63,968 bases of DNA, filler included, from Phoronis australis (GCA_002633005.1; 6 parts of 6 records of this genome joined end to end with filler, not necessarily neighbours in it); one strand, 5' to 3'; positions 1 through 13,670 are shown, counted from the whole stretch's first letter. Made by a program: numbers and translations. The notes: generated from the sequence alone by a model not told the origin.

Positions 1-76
1 TGTTGAGTGTGATGCAGTGTGTTGGATATTGTTGAGTGTGATGTGGCGTGTTGGATATTGTTGAGTGTGATGTGGC
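1..76. repeat. 29-bp tandem repeat (about 2.5 copies visible)
   Basis: tgttgagtgtgatg...gttggatat units start at 1, 30 and 59. Confidence 0.85.
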
Positions 77-218
77 CAAGTTTTCTAATGAAAAACTTCA
101 GATAATACCGTACAGCATACATGAATATGAAAATCGTGAACTCACAAGAAAATATAGGTCAAGCTCTCAAAGCCATGTCAACATACTGTCTTAACTGCTG
201 TTTCTTTTAGTAATTTTT

Positions 219-375
219 GCAAACATATGTAATTCTGGTCTGAACGCCACCTGTTAGTCACGTGACATAATGGGCATAAGTATGAAAAAATTTCTACACC
301 GGACAGTATTCGAACTCAGAACCTTCTGCTACGTGTAACTGTGCAAACACTCTAGTCCACTGGTCCACCTCGACA
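219..375 (-). mobile_element. tRNA-derived SINE fragment
   Basis: The minus strand reads gtggaccagtgg (A box) ... gagttcgaatac (B box), then a body shared with the arms of the 464-628 foldback. Confidence 0.55.
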
Positions 376-463
376 ACTGGTCGAAAACAGAAATATGATC
401 CTGCCCATAAACTCGTGAGTGTGTACAGTATGTGAGTCTTGAACTGACATGGAAATATAGATG

Positions 464-628
464 GCAGACATTTTCAAGCCTGTTCTGCACGCCATCTATT
501 GGCCGCATCATGTGACCTGATGAACATAAGTCTGAAAAACTTTCATCTTTTCAGACTTATGTTCATGTTCATTAGGTGATGTGATGTGGCCAATAGATGG
601 CATGCATAGCAGACTTAAAGATGTTTGC
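464..628. repeat. Imperfect inverted repeat / foldback (about 75-bp arms)
   Basis: 520-538 and 548-566 are perfect 19-bp reverse complements with a 9-nt loop; pairing continues outward (gccatctattggcc / ggccaatagatggc). Confidence 0.85.
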
Positions 629-3288
629 TAAAATAGCACAGCATAGACGAATGTTTCTGCATGATATATCAATCAATATATCTTTGGGTTTCAGTGTCAA
701 AGACAGAAAACACACTGCGTAAGGCACGGGCAAACTTTGAGGAACACTATTTGTCACGGACTCCTTCGAGTGCATCTGGCTCGCAAACCGGGTGAAATTG
801 TTGGAAACTGGTGGAATTGCAATCGAAACTGGCTGCACAGGATTAGAAAGGTGGTCCTAACTGGATGCAAATATTTCTACTTCACCGAATGCCTGAGAAA
901 TTAAGAATGGATTGAACTATTATTTGTGAATGAATGGTGCAAAGGATGGTGGAGACTCAGGTGCAAAGGATGGTGGAGACTCAATTTCACTCTCAATTTT
1001 GGGAGCTTTGTACAATATGTAAAGCTCCCAGGATAAAAGGTTGCCGTCAAAATGGCCTTATGTGGCCTAGTCAGAATTGCATGGATTATATTAGTGTATA
1101 TAACTTGTCTATAAGTTTAGGATTCATCTCATGGTGTATAAAATTTACTACCAGAATCTTTTCATCTCGACCGCTCTTTGTGGTAGCCACAAATTGGTGT
1201 TGTACGAAAAATTGTGCATTTTGTCTGTTCAAGACCGAATGGAAAATGTCTACAGACCTTGTTTATATTTTGTGTGCATTGTGTCTACTGTTATGGTGCT
1301 TACATGCTTTACTTGGCTCGTTTTTAGCTTACAGTCTACTTGTCTTAAGCTAGACTTGGTTTGGCTCTCTGGCCTGTTTCTATAACTAACTATTTTGTTT
1401 GTTGTGGGCTTCTTAATGTGCAATACGGTGTTTCATCGTCTTAATGTTTTATCTGGTAACTGTTGCAAATTTTACTTGGCTTCGAAAAGTAAATTATAAA
1501 ATGAAAAAGTGCACTTTCCTTGGGCAAATTACAAGGTTGGCAAAGATGTCTTGAAAACGTGTATGTATGTAGTCTTTTAGAGTTGTTGTACGTTTGTACC
1601 AAGATGGAGTAGGTACAAGCAGTCACTTGTCATTCCATTACAACTATTTGTTCGATATTCATGTGAGACTCTCTAATGTGCTGTTCTTTGGAAGAAACTG
1701 TTGCTACGTTTTCTATAAGAATACAAATGTGATGTTTCAAAGAGGCAGAGTATTGGAATGTAAATGGAGTGGGCTGATAAGAAGGCAGGTCAGCTGTCTG
1801 ACGAGCGTTCACATGGTAGATTTTTGTTCAGGCAACTGATCAGACATTTAATCTCCCTTCGTACTGGAAACTGTGAACGGTGCATTCTTATCTTACACCA
1901 TGTGAACAATGTATAGTTGTGTAAGCATGGTGTGACTTGGTCCTACAGTTAGTTAAAATATGTTGATCGTTAAGATGTGTTGTGACTGCACATTTGTTGA
2001 CAATTATTTATTTATTAATTTTATAGATTAGTAGAAGCTCAGTCATTAATCGTTATCTTAAAGTGGCATTTCTCTGCACTCAAACATAGAATACGCTGAT
2101 AGATTATGACATAGTTCCCTCAAACTTCCCTAAAATCAAATGCCAGATTCAATTATATCAACTGAAATTGAGTGATCACAAAATCGGCAAATTTTGAAAA
2201 ATATGAAACATTGACCTAGCCTGTGAAAAGTGATGGCTGTTTGACACCTGTCTACATGGTAATACCTGGATGACCTGTTTCAGGCATGTGATTCCACTGT
2301 CGTGTTATAGGATGTTTGAGACAATTATGTGTGCCTCCAGAACTGTCTGATGGTAGATGGCCATCACTTATATCACCTATGGTGGAAAACCTCTTTTGGA
2401 CATTTATCAATTATCACGCTGATAAACCTTGTGTGAAAAGTTATATTAACCGTTATTATGAATTCCTATCAACCATTTATATGCCATACCTTTCATGTGA
2501 ATTCATAGCAGTGGTTGATATCAATTCATGTAAATAAAGGTTTTGCTGATAAATCATGATAATCAAAATCATATTTGTAATCTCGATCACAATTTGCATT
2601 TTCCGTATGAAATACGAAGAAACTGTTCCTTGTGTAGAAACAAACATGATACAAATGTCATGTTGGGGTAAAATGGCGACAATTGTACAGTGTATTGTCA
2701 CCTGTGTTGTGGGGTTTTGTTTCAACGTTGGGTTTGTTTTATCGAGTGAAACAGTCTTGTAGTGTGCTGTATGTAGATGTGGTCTTAAAATATGGAAATT
2801 TTGGAAATACCAGTGGCAAAAATGTATTTTAGAATACTTCCTATTTAAGTGACAGATTTAGGATGTCTTAAAGGGGGCAACTACAACTTTTGAAGGGGAA
2901 AACGACGTCTGTCTTGCCCTCCTCCTCCTAGTGGCTTATGCATATTAAGTATTTGTGTGTTGTGCCATTTTTCATTCAGTGAAAACTTTTATTAATTACA
3001 TGAAGTATTTTGGAGCATTACATAACATAAAAATGTTCTTTGTTGTTTTACTTTCAGTAGCTTACTCAAAGCTAAAGGTTTGATGTAATTGCTTTCATCA
3101 ACTTAAAGTTCATGAAAGACTGATAAAAACGTGCCAGCCAGCTGTTCAAGAGAAACGCTGCTGTCTGCGCTTTACTTTCTGTATCCAAATCGCCTTTGGT
3201 GTGTTATACAAAAAGTTACAAGTTTGCACTTACAGTCAAATTTTTCACTGTAACATTTGAGTTTCAGGTTTGCTTTTCCTCAGTAAGC

Positions 3289-3584
3289 NNNNNNNNNNNN
3301 NNNNNNNNNNNNNNNNNNNNNNNNNNNNNNNNNNNNNNNNNNNNNNNNNNNNNNNNNNNNNNNNNNNNNNNNNNNNNNNNNNNNNNNNNNNNNNNNNNNN
3401 NNNNNNNNNNNNNNNNNNNNNNNNNNNNNNNNNNNNNNNNNNNNNNNNNNNNNNNNNNNNNNNNNNNNNNNNNNNNNNNNNNNNNNNNNNNNNNNNNNNN
3501 NNNNNNNNNNNNNNNNNNNNNNNNNNNNNNNNNNNNNNNNNNNNNNNNNNNNNNNNNNNNNNNNNNNNNNNNNNNNNNNNNNNN
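3289..3584. other. Assembly gap (296 N)
   Basis: Run of N; probably hides downstream tetraspanin sequence. Confidence 0.95.
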
Positions 3585-3811
3585 TATCATTGTTTTGACT
3601 ATGTCTCTGTGTCTAACAATTGCGCTGTCATTTCTTAGCCTCTCCTATGTTCTTGTGACTTACTTCGATTCCTTCCAGTGAACGTTTTTAAATAGACGAA
3701 TTAAAATCCTGTACGTACAAGCTACTGGTCATAACTGAAGCGGCAAATAATTTGGTGTTTTCAGCCATTAAAAACCTTTTTTCAAGTAAATAAGTGTGGT
3801 GTTGGGTGTAC

Positions 3812-6754
3812 CTCAGTGTATATTTTATCCATTTTTGTCGGTGCGGGAAATCCAACATTACACCCCGGGTCAGTGGGGCGGATACAGCAAGAAGTGGGCA
3901 CGGCGCATCCATGTCTCTCCCTGTCGAACAGAGGGTCCTTGATGTACTGTGAGTGGAGCCAAGATGTGTATGCCAGGTCGCCGCAACATTGAAACTGAAA
4001 CGTAATATTGAGACGGCGAACTTTATTTTCCACCCGGAAGCAAAACGGCGCAAGTCCGTTTCCATCTGTTGGTGTCCATCTATGGCTGGCCGATGGCACT
4101 GCACAGATAGGCGGGTCTTGGCTTGGAGAAGCCACTCATGATGGCGCGTAAAATAACGGCACAAAAGCAAAACATTTTTCCTTCATTTTTCGAGAACGAC
4201 GATAACCTAAGTTTGTGTCATTTCGTTGGCATACGCAATTGCTCGATACACCCTAAACTAGGTTGTGTAATCATCATTTTTAAACCCGCCTTTTGTCACA
4301 AAAACCATTTTTAGACCACGACAGCTATATGAAGTTGGCATAAAACTGTTCCTTAATAGCCAGGGCTTGGAATATTCCTCTTTTAAGAGGATTTCCTCTT
4401 TCTTGGTTTCGATTTCCAATAATTGATTTCTAGTTTTACTCTTTTTACATTTATTTTTTTTATTGTCATTTGACTTTGTTCACGCAAAAAAAAACGTATC
4501 TTGCACTTAAATTTTACAACACAAAAAGTTCTATCACATAACCCTATTTATTTGTAGAACGATATATCAACTGGAAAATTCTCCTCTTTTTGTCACATGT
4601 CATTCCAAGCCATTGGTAATTTGGTCTTCGAAAAAACTGACAGTTGGCTTGTCACGGTGGTGCGACATTTTGAGCGCCCAGCATGGCCTCTGGGAATAAC
4701 GAACTGACAGTTTGAAAGCTTAGAAACCACTTCTCGTTTCAATTACAAGTTGAAACCAATTCTGGATAGGTGAGTGGTCTAAATCAACAGTTCGTTTGTT
4801 TGACAGAACCTCCCCGGATTTATAATAAGTAAAATGGCAATTTTGTAAAGTACGGTTTTCTGACAGGCTTTTCGGGCATACATTAAAAACATGTACCAAA
4901 GTGAATTGACTGAGGAACTGTTTATCAAAGCCGTATTTTATCCTTTTAGTCGCATTTTACCGTTTAGCTGACTAAAACGAATCGCAAGCAGTCAGTCGGC
5001 GAAATACTAATAAAAATATCTTAAAATGTCTAAAGAACAATTTGAGGTAAATTTCATAACGGTAGGCAGGTTTATTGTCGGTTTTACTACGTCACAGAAT
5101 TTTAAAAGAAACATATGTTAAGACAGTGTATTGATAATTAGATGTGTCGTAAACTATTTTAGTTACCTCTTGTTGTAAGACGTCTATTGCCAAGGTATTC
5201 ATCTTAAATTGCTTATAGCCATACTCGTTCTTCATTGTGTAGTTGAGTCGAGCGTCAATTCGTAATCGCACCTCATCAAACAACATGTAGGAAACAATTG
5301 AGGCCGCGACCTCAGCGGCGAAGATGAGAAACAAAAGCCCAAAATACTGAAATAAGAGAATATCTTGAAGTAAACCAAATGGTTATCACAAGGGGAGTTC
5401 AACGTGTAGCAAGAATTGTCTTATACCAGGAAGGCATTATCTAACCCTAACTCTGCTTATATCCAAATAGGCGCACGCGTACACTTGTGAGTTCCAGGTA
5501 GACTCGAGATCTCGTGAATGCTTTGAATCAGAAAAGTTCGTCACATTTCCTTTGGCAAAACCTTAGTTGATCAATGTACTATATGAGATGACATCAATTC
5601 CTTTGACGCACTAGCAAAGAGTAAGTGTGCAACTGCCAAATATATCTACCCATGAACGTCGCTGTTCTGCCGTTCTCAAATGTTAACATCAACACACCGA
5701 CCTGGTCCTCTAGTACGATGGTTAGACGTTTGGTCCATCGACGGCAGGAGGCAGTATTCATTTTCATGAAGTTACAAACTTGCATTTTTGCAGATCACAG
5801 TATTGTACTTTTTGACGCCTTTAAACAGAATTTCTGTATCTTGTACTGAAATTTCTGGTTCATCAACTGTTTATTAAAACTCGCCTCAAACATTAGCCAC
5901 CCCTGGTAATGTAGCAGATTTTGACCGGACTTTTAAAAACAACTAGTCCAAACTTATGAAGCCACACGGCAGTAGTTTTGTCTCAAAGATATATAAAAAA
6001 TATTTTTTGTCAAATAAATGTACATGCTGAGAGGCCAAAACAAGATTTCGTGGTCTCCATTTTTGCATAAAATTCTTGTGAAATTTATCATCGAATTAAG
6101 CTTCGTTGAATGTTGCCCTAACTACCGAGGAGATATGCATGCACGATCAGGCAAAATTGCCTACACTGTACTAAGTTTTAGGAAAAAATGCAAGCTAGTC
6201 CAAAAAATTAATAGATGCTCAGAAAAAATCAAATGACAAGTGCAAAAAATATATCTGAAGTTGAAAGAAAATATTTATTGAAGAAGTTCTCTGTAACTGG
6301 TGGTTAACAACATACCGTTCCTAGGAGAATTTTATGTTCTTTTAAAGCACCACAAAAGCCCGCGAAGCCAATACCCAGAGCCACGGAGCCGGCACCGATG
6401 AGTATGTAACCACCGATAGGATACAGGTCACTGCCAATCAACGAGTCGTATTTGGACTTCTCCACACGAACCCATATTCCTATGGCGAGAATCGCCACGC
6501 CTGTCATCTAAAAACGAAACAAATTTCCTGTTTTTTAACAAACACACGTATTCCGTAAACGAGGAATAGGGCACAACGTGATTTAGTTTTGTAACGAAGA
6601 ATCTTGCTGTAAAATTTCCAAGACCAGCGAAAAAGAAAAATGACAATTCTTTACTCTAGTGAGAACGAAGAAAGTTCTGATGCCATACCCAAAACAACAC
6701 GGTGAAGCCGTACACCATATATTTCGTACATCGTAGCGTGCAGGCAGATCCCAT
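3812..6754 (-). CDS. Tetraspanin (CD151/TSPAN11-like), 3' end missing. Exons 6754-6689, 6507-6316, 5346-5167, 3994-3812
   Basis: Four phase-0 GT-AG exons (66, 192, 180, 183 nt) splice to MGSACTLRCTKYMVYGFTVLFW-MTGVAILAIGIWV...GFAGFCGALKEHKILLGT-YFGLLFLIFAAEVAA...IDVLQQE-FQCCGDLAYTSW...VPTSCC...KIYTE. This gives three TM helices plus the CCG and PxSCC motifs of the large extracellular loop. The TM4 exon was not found (N gap at 3289-3584). Confidence 0.92.
4361..4614 (+). mobile_element. MITE family A (CAGGGCTTGGAA termini, hAT-like); other copies at about 19085-19303 (-), 23385-23613 and 37147-37411
   Basis: The internal sequence ttcctcttttaagaggatttcctc...ttggtttcgatttcc...acacaaaaa...gcctattt occurs in four places; ends cagggcttggaa / ttccaagccctg. 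Confidence 0.8.
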
Positions 6755-8857
6755 ATCCAAGTAGCGACGATAGACCACTAGAGCGGAGACGTTCACTATT
6801 TTTTTTTCAAAATCCTAGTACTTTATCGGAAATCCTTCCTCATGCTGGTTCACCTCGACGTCAGGTACAATCAGACCACTCGAAGGCACTAACAATGACA
6901 TGCGCCCAGTTACCAAGAATGGCTCGTTGTCCCCGTATTCTCTCGCGCAAAATCCGTGTAAGTGGTGCTAATACTTGAATTTGTACGGCGATTGATAAAT
7001 AATCCAAACTTTAGACAATAATCCCCAAGTCAAGTCTCGCTTGCCAAACAGAGCACGATGGCTCGCCACACAATCTAAATATCTCAGCTTGGGCAACTTT
7101 TATTAGATAACCGCGGATACTATCATACAGGAGAAGAACGTGTTAATATTAACTCCAGGCCTTGATAACGTGATTCAACAGCGCGTCCTAGGTCCCAAGG
7201 CTCCACTCTGATCGCACAGTAGTTACTAGAACTTTGAAAATTTTGCTCTCTGCCTCTCTCTCTTTCAAGTGAGGGTGATCGTGCGTGCGTACTGCAGGTA
7301 CAGAAGTAATAAAGGCATTTAATTCTCGGCCACGAGTCTTGAGTTTGCTGCAAGCTTATACATGTCATAACATGGCCAAGCAATGAACGGCGTGGCTATA
7401 TCTCCGGGAGCTAAGGAAACGCCCAGTATTTATAACCAAATAGAAATATTTGAAGTTTTTGACGTCATCCGAACCGTGTCTTTTATTCGACGTGAACGTT
7501 GCGAACAAGTAGTAGTGTTTAGAAAATAACACTGCGTTCACCTACACCGAAGAACAATCCGGCGTTCAAATACTGTACGTATTGCAGAAAAACAAATGAG
7601 AAGTTACGAAGAGCGTCGCTTGGATGTCAGTTGACAGAATGGCATTCGTTCCCTGTATTAAACATTGAAATGTCAAAAGTTTATTTCGCATGAAATGATG
7701 TCTTAAAAAAAGAGATTTAACCTAGTGCACATATGTTTTATGAATGTCATCTATCTTTTCTCCGTGTTTCATTTGACACCGAGCATGGAGGTAGTAACAT
7801 TCTTATGATTACACTTACGTCACACCAGAAAGTCTTCATAGATTGTCTGAACACCAAAGACCTTCAGCGTTTACTTGAGCCAGGTCACTTTCCCTTAGCA
7901 AGAAGCATAAAATAGCTAGCTATCACAACATGGCAAAATATATGTCTTCGACTTCATAAAGTGTAGATGGAAAAATGTCAAATTTCTTCACAGAAAAAAT
8001 GTTTTCAGCGAACAAAAAGAATGCAATTGTAGAATGCAAAACAACCATTCAGGAGAGTATTGATGAGGCTCTATCGGATATCTTGGAAAGAGGTAGCGCA
8101 AAATGGAATGTGAATGGTTACGGTTGAGAAAGCGATGATGTGATGCAGCTTGGTGTGACAATTAACCAATAAACGTGCAATGTATGAAACAGTGAAGGAA
8201 TTCAGACGGTAGAGGTAAAATTAAGACTGAGAGGGAAGAATAAGTAGTTGTTACGAAACACTCGAAAATGATAACTTCATAAAACTTAGCAAGGAACCTG
8301 ACTCCAGTGTGAAGAACTTGATAAAATTCCAGGGTGATTTGACCTCTAATAAAAAAGTTGCATATCGCCAGTTCACTGTCAATGCGAGGGTGTTTTTACG
8401 GTAATTTCTTTGTATGCAAGCTTTTAAGTTAGTAATGGAAATGAAGCTACGTGTGATGTACACGTATGTCTATGTAACAATAACGTTCTTGACAGCGCCT
8501 ATAACCTAAAATATGGAGAGTAGAGTATTGATAAATTATAAATTGACAAATCACTCGGAATAGACGAAATCTTCAGAGAATACTCACACACCAAATAAGA
8601 AAATAACGATATTCAAGCGATAAAATCAGGAACCTCTATTTCAGAAAACGGCTGAAATAAAATTGAACAAATCTGTGGATTTTGTTATTTTATAGCTCTA
8701 GTCAAAGCTAATAACTGGTGTCCAACAATTATCCTCAAAATGCGTGTTTCGGCCCTAAAATCAATTGTATCCCTTTAATTAAAGAAGTCTAAGTAAAAAG
8801 GGTGATATAAGAGAGCAAGAATTCACTTGCTGTAAACAGTTTTCATAAATTAAGTCC

Positions 8858-9015
8858 CAGTGGCGGATATAGAGAGGGGCCAAGGGGGCCATGCCTCCCG
8901 CTAAGATTCTCCCACCTTCCATTTTGCAGTTCAGAGGTGTGAATGTCTGACGGGTAAAATCCTAGCTAATACTCTGTCCTGCCCCCCCCAACTCAAAATC
9001 CTGGATCCGCCCCTG
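8858..9015 (+). mobile_element. MITE family B (CAGTGGCGGAT...ATCCGCCACTG); inverted copy at 57446-57604
   Basis: Terminal inverted repeats; the internal gaatgtctgacggg..aaaat..taatactctg is reverse-complemented in the 57446 copy. Confidence 0.8.
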
Positions 9016-11495
9016 ACTCCTGTCCAATGAAGAACTTTAGTTGCTATAGATGTGTTGAACAGACTTGCAGTTTGCCTGGTTTTTAGTCACAGATCACTGA
9101 TATCTGTGACCATCGCTCAATACACAAGTAAAATTTCAACAGCTTATGAACGGAATAAGCAGCGACCAACAAAGTCAAGTCAGGGCGTAACGTGAGTGAA
9201 CGGTAAGGTCGTTCACACTGTAAGCTTCAATGACTAATTTGGGGATTCCAATACCTATAGATTGAACACGTTAAAACATTCTCATGGAAGATAAGCACGA
9301 ACACGAACAGGATGGGTGCTATGACACTAGTCATACTTGTCAATTTTTATCAGATTTTTTTTGACAAGAATGCTCCGACAGTATGACACAGCGAATAAGG
9401 GCCAGGACTTGAACACAGATACAAATGATCGAAGTACAAAACCAGATAATCCAAATACCTAGATCTCATCATTCGTGACAATTTGTATTTTCCGAGTTTT
9501 TTAACTACAAAAATCTAGTTAGAAGACTTCGTTCAAAAATTCCCGTTCAAATTTCTTTCATAGTCATTCGACGACCTGAGATGTCTTCTAGTGAAACATT
9601 AAAATCAGATTTAACAAATAATAATTTCACTGCGACGCGTCAACTAAGCTGTATTGTTTCGCTACTCGGGACTAGTCCAAATATAACCTGGCATATGCGT
9701 GATAAATGAAGCTAAATCGACGTGTTAACAAACACAGGATTCCAATTCAAAACATGAATAATGGTTTTCAAAGATGACCCTGAGAAAAATACGCTGTTAA
9801 TGAAAACGCCCACGACCAACGTAAGGAGCATAGGTTACCCAGTTTTTTGCGAAAAAAAATCTCCCAGTTGTTTTGCTTTAGAGCGAACGGTGGAATATGG
9901 TCGGTGGGAAAAACGACTAAAACATGGCAGATATTTTGTTTCAAGTGACACAACGCTTCAGAATTGAGTGCAGGGCTTCCAGGCTCTGAACACGTCTTCA
10001 CAAAATCCTGCACCACAATCTTTTTGCCAGTCATCAATGTGCTTTTCTGTACTATCAAGAAAGTGTGAGGTGCTCTTTGAATTTAATGTATTTCTTACTA
10101 CTGATGTGCTTATCAGTGAAAAATGGTGTTCAGTGTCTTCCAACATAGGAGATCATTTTGTAGGTGCACCACCAGAAAGAAAATTAAAAAGTTCTCTCGA
10201 AAATTCCATTCATTTAAGAAAATGTATAGAAAGTGTCTCATTTGTTGTTTTGACAAACTTGATTTTTAAAACTTCTGATCGAACTACCCTCAACCACGAA
10301 CTACCCTCAACCACCGAAGTGGACAGGGCATCTTGTCTGACAGATTTTAAACAAGAGAAACAGTTTCCATAAATGTCATGTTGTTTCATATTAAATTTTC
10401 CACTTTTACAGCAAAAATTCTATTCTAAGAATTTTAACTAGAACGTCTCTAGTAACAGTTATTACAGAAGTACAAGTTACAATTCTCAGAATTGATTTTT
10501 TAATAAGAAGAGCCACATTTCCGAATTCAACTCTCCTTATTTGGGAGGTAAAAACATACAAAGTTGACCCACTTATCAAAAGGTTAGGCCACAAACTCAC
10601 TTCTGGTGCTGGGATCTCATCTTTTTACTAGAAATTGAACTTGAAATTATTTTTTACATTTCCCGTTATATTTCTGTATGAACTCAAAATAAGTGTCTTA
10701 TTCTTTTGTGCTCGAGTATATCATGGCCAACAGGGATGACTATTTTTTAAATCCCATCTTGCACGTGATGACCCCAACATTAAAGACGTAAGTCCAAGTA
10801 TGAACTCAGAATTTAGAGTTTTTACCCGAGTTTGTAGCTTGAATCCTGGGGTCATCCAGTTTGTATAATCCTTAATATAATCAGGTCCAGAATAATAGAT
10901 AATTATCAGAAGTTTGTATTAAAAGAGAAAAGCAAATGCCAAATATAATTTTGAGCTCAATTTCAAGTAAAAAGATTAGAAAAGTGAAACATGATTACCA
11001 CACCCCACTCAACTTGTCAAAAATAAATTTCTTTGAGTTGCAACATACTGTGAAGCAGAAAAAGTTAATTGGGATTTGAATTAAGAATGACAAAATTTTG
11101 ATGGAAAATGGTGATAAACATGACAACAGTGATCTGTGTGCTTTCCTTAGACGCAGCACACAGGACGGTGAAGTATTTTGGGATGTGATTATCGACTAAG
11201 TGAAGAAGTGTTAAAAATCCACTAGAGGGATGGGTGGTTGACCCACCTACCCACATGAAGATGTGTTGCAGGATTTTTACCCACGAAACTTATCTCCACC
11301 ATCTTTACCAGAAAATTTCTACCTTCGTGTACACAGGTAGCTGAACAAGATACTCTAAATCTAATTTCCAAATTCATCAACATTTTGGTTAATTATCACA
11401 TTATTTAGAGACACTTTTCGTCCGATTACCTTGGGTCAGAAAGTAAACAAATGCAGGCCGATTTTTTTAAAATCAATTATCAAGACATAATTCCA

Positions 11496-12311
11496 CTAAT
11501 CAAACATTCCTTTCAAACGAGACGCTAACTTCTCTTCCTGTTTCTTCCGTTTCTGAACAACAGATGTCAGCTCTCTCTGCACCTGTTTATTGTTTGGCTC
11601 CAATTGTCTGATGGCGGTGTAGTCCACGATCGCCTCGTCCAACATGTCCAGACTAGAGTAAGCAATAGCTCTCCTGTACAAGCCCTTCACATTGTCAGTC
11701 TGCATCATCAGTGCCTTGCTGCAGTTCCTTATCACGTGCGGGTAGTTATGATACTTTAATTGGCAAGCTGCCAAGTTCAAGTAACAGCCCACTGAGAGAG
11801 TGATATCAGAGTCGGACAGAGAGTCTGCGCATATCAAATACTTAAGAGCACGACTGTAGTGCTGGAATGCAAATTCGACGTTGCCATTTTTAAACAGCTC
11901 CGTTCCTTTCTCTTTGTGGTGCGCAGCTTTTGTTAACTTTTCCTCATTTGTGAGCTCATGGAATGGGGGAGTGACCTGAAATTCCTCCATACATATATTC
12001 AGATTAGAGGTCACTGCAGGGTCACTGTTATCCGTTATAACAAAGTCACTGATTTCGCCTTCCTTCATTGTCTGCACACAAATGTCTATCGTTTCCATGG
12101 CGTCGGAGTCAGCGTCGCCGATGGTGATTACTCCAGACTGCATAAAGTCCTTGCAGAGCTGACACTGAAGTGTTCCATCAATGTTTGACAGTGAAACTCT
12201 GCATTTTGACCCAGCATGGGGAGATAACTCCCCTTCTCCAGGCGTAATCAAATGCTTCTTGAATGACCAACCAGAAGGCAGAACTTCACAATCGTTTTCC
12301 AGCATATCCAT
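11496..12311 (-). CDS. FKBPL: FK506-binding protein-like co-chaperone (degenerate FKBP domain + 3 TPRs), 271 aa, uninterrupted CDS
   Basis: N-terminal FKBP-like fold (KKHLITPGEG..P..GSKCRV; IDICVQTMKEGE) followed by TPRs (KEKGTELFK, YLNLAACQLK, NVKGLYRRA). The C-terminus LASRLKGMFD resembles, from memory, the vertebrate FKBPL end. An acceptor (tttcag) lies just upstream of the ATG at 12311. The orthology call is by recall. Confidence 0.8.
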   Translation of the reverse strand: MDMLENDCEVLPSGWSFKKHLITPGEGELSPHAGSKCRVSLSNIDGTLQCQLCKDFMQSGVITIGDADSDAMETIDICVQTMKEGEISDFVITDNSDPAVTSNLNICMEEFQVTPPFHELTNEEKLTKAAHHKEKGTELFKNGNVEFAFQHYSRALKYLICADSLSDSDITLSVGCYLNLAACQLKYHNYPHVIRNCSKALMMQTDNVKGLYRRAIAYSSLDMLDEAIVDYTAIRQLEPNNKQVQRELTSVVQKRKKQEEKLASRLKGMFD

Positions 12312-13221
12312 CACTGAAATTAAAAAGTATCAAACTTTAGGATAAAGTCACATTAGAAACTTGGACCAATTTACGGCACTGCACCTTCATAGTCGTCAAG
12401 AGAGCTGTTAATCAGGGAATTTGATCTAAGCTTCTAGTTGTTATGTGGAGCAGATCGAGCAATTACCACACTTGTGATGACTTTATGCCTTTATGGAAAT
12501 AAAACACTGGCTAAAAGAAAGTGAGTATATGGTACTCGAATCGTAGACTTTAGTGTCACGTGCCGGGTCGTGAGCTTTGTAAAGCCTCGCCCTTGTTGTT
12601 GCCTATCTTGCAGGACTTCCATTTAAATACTTTGTGGTGAAAACGTTAATGGCGGCCAAAAAGTGGAGTTGAAAATCTTCGCCAAGTCATCTAAATTTCT
12701 ATAGATATGCTTACGATTGCTAGGATTGTGTTTATGAGCCGGAAATGATTGTTGAAGTAAGAGATTCTAAAAGACAACTTTAAGTGTAACAACGATTTTG
12801 ATGAGATCAACCGTTAATCAGTGACTGCGTTTCCACAACCGCCCATTCAAAATACAAGGGACAAAATTACTACAGAAACCGATGGGAAGTGTTGCAGCCC
12901 TAGGCTACATGCATAGCCAGCCACGCCAAGAAACGACAGTAGTTCAGACCGGGCAATGGGTTCAACTCGGTATACGCAATGTTGAGGATTGTCTCCATTC
13001 AACTATCTGGCTGACTAGCTAGGCAAGCATTAGCCAGTACCAGTGTTATTTTATCATTTGATGCTTACTGTCACTGAAAGTGAAAAGGCAATCAGATAAG
13101 GCAATCAATGAATTATGCGAGCCCGAGATCCGCCCGAATACACCCCTATACTAGTACATCTGGCTGGCTAGCACATGCATTACAGACACAGTTCAAATCA
13201 AATATATAACCCGGCAACATG

Positions 13222-13670
13222 CAGGCCCTATACTTGCCAGAGATGCCATCGTTCTTGGAGGGAAACTAAAACAGTTATTGGTGCTTGACGAATCGCTCAC
13301 CGGAAATTAACTGTACAATTAGTGCCACCTATGGGTAATAAAACAAACGAAATAACCTTTCTCTCTCTGGAGTCTGGTTTTTGGCCACCCGGGCGTGCAA
13401 AGAAGCCACACTCCCGTAGTGGTCCAGAGTACCATTGTTACTCATAGTATTGTTGGTGTGGTTTCGACAGATTATTCAGCCACAAAGAGATAACGGATTT
13501 TTGAATCAACATTTTCAGTTTTTTACTACAAAACTTGCAAGAGCATAGACTCGGATACGTTCCGGCAGACTGCTCGTAGTAATCTCAATTCAGTGGCGCA
13601 CATGTATGCGCGCAATCACTGACGAGGGGGGCTCCGCCGGGGGGCCGCCGGGCGGGGTGTATAGGCCCTG
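13222..13670. mobile_element. Putative non-autonomous TIR element with a GC-rich right end
   Basis: caggccctatac (13222) and gtataggccctg (13659-13670) are 11/12 reverse complements; no clear target-site duplication. Confidence 0.4.

Noticed and set aside
934-1385. 139-aa and 84-aa ORFs
   Set aside because: Cys/Leu-rich composition typical of UTR or intergenic DNA; the start derives from a 24-bp duplication; no recognisable domain.
3196-3681. Long ORFs in the ORF track
   Set aside because: They are open only because they run through the N gap.
9761-10372. Overlapping ORFs up to 134 aa
   Set aside because: No motif and no convincing splice sites on either strand.
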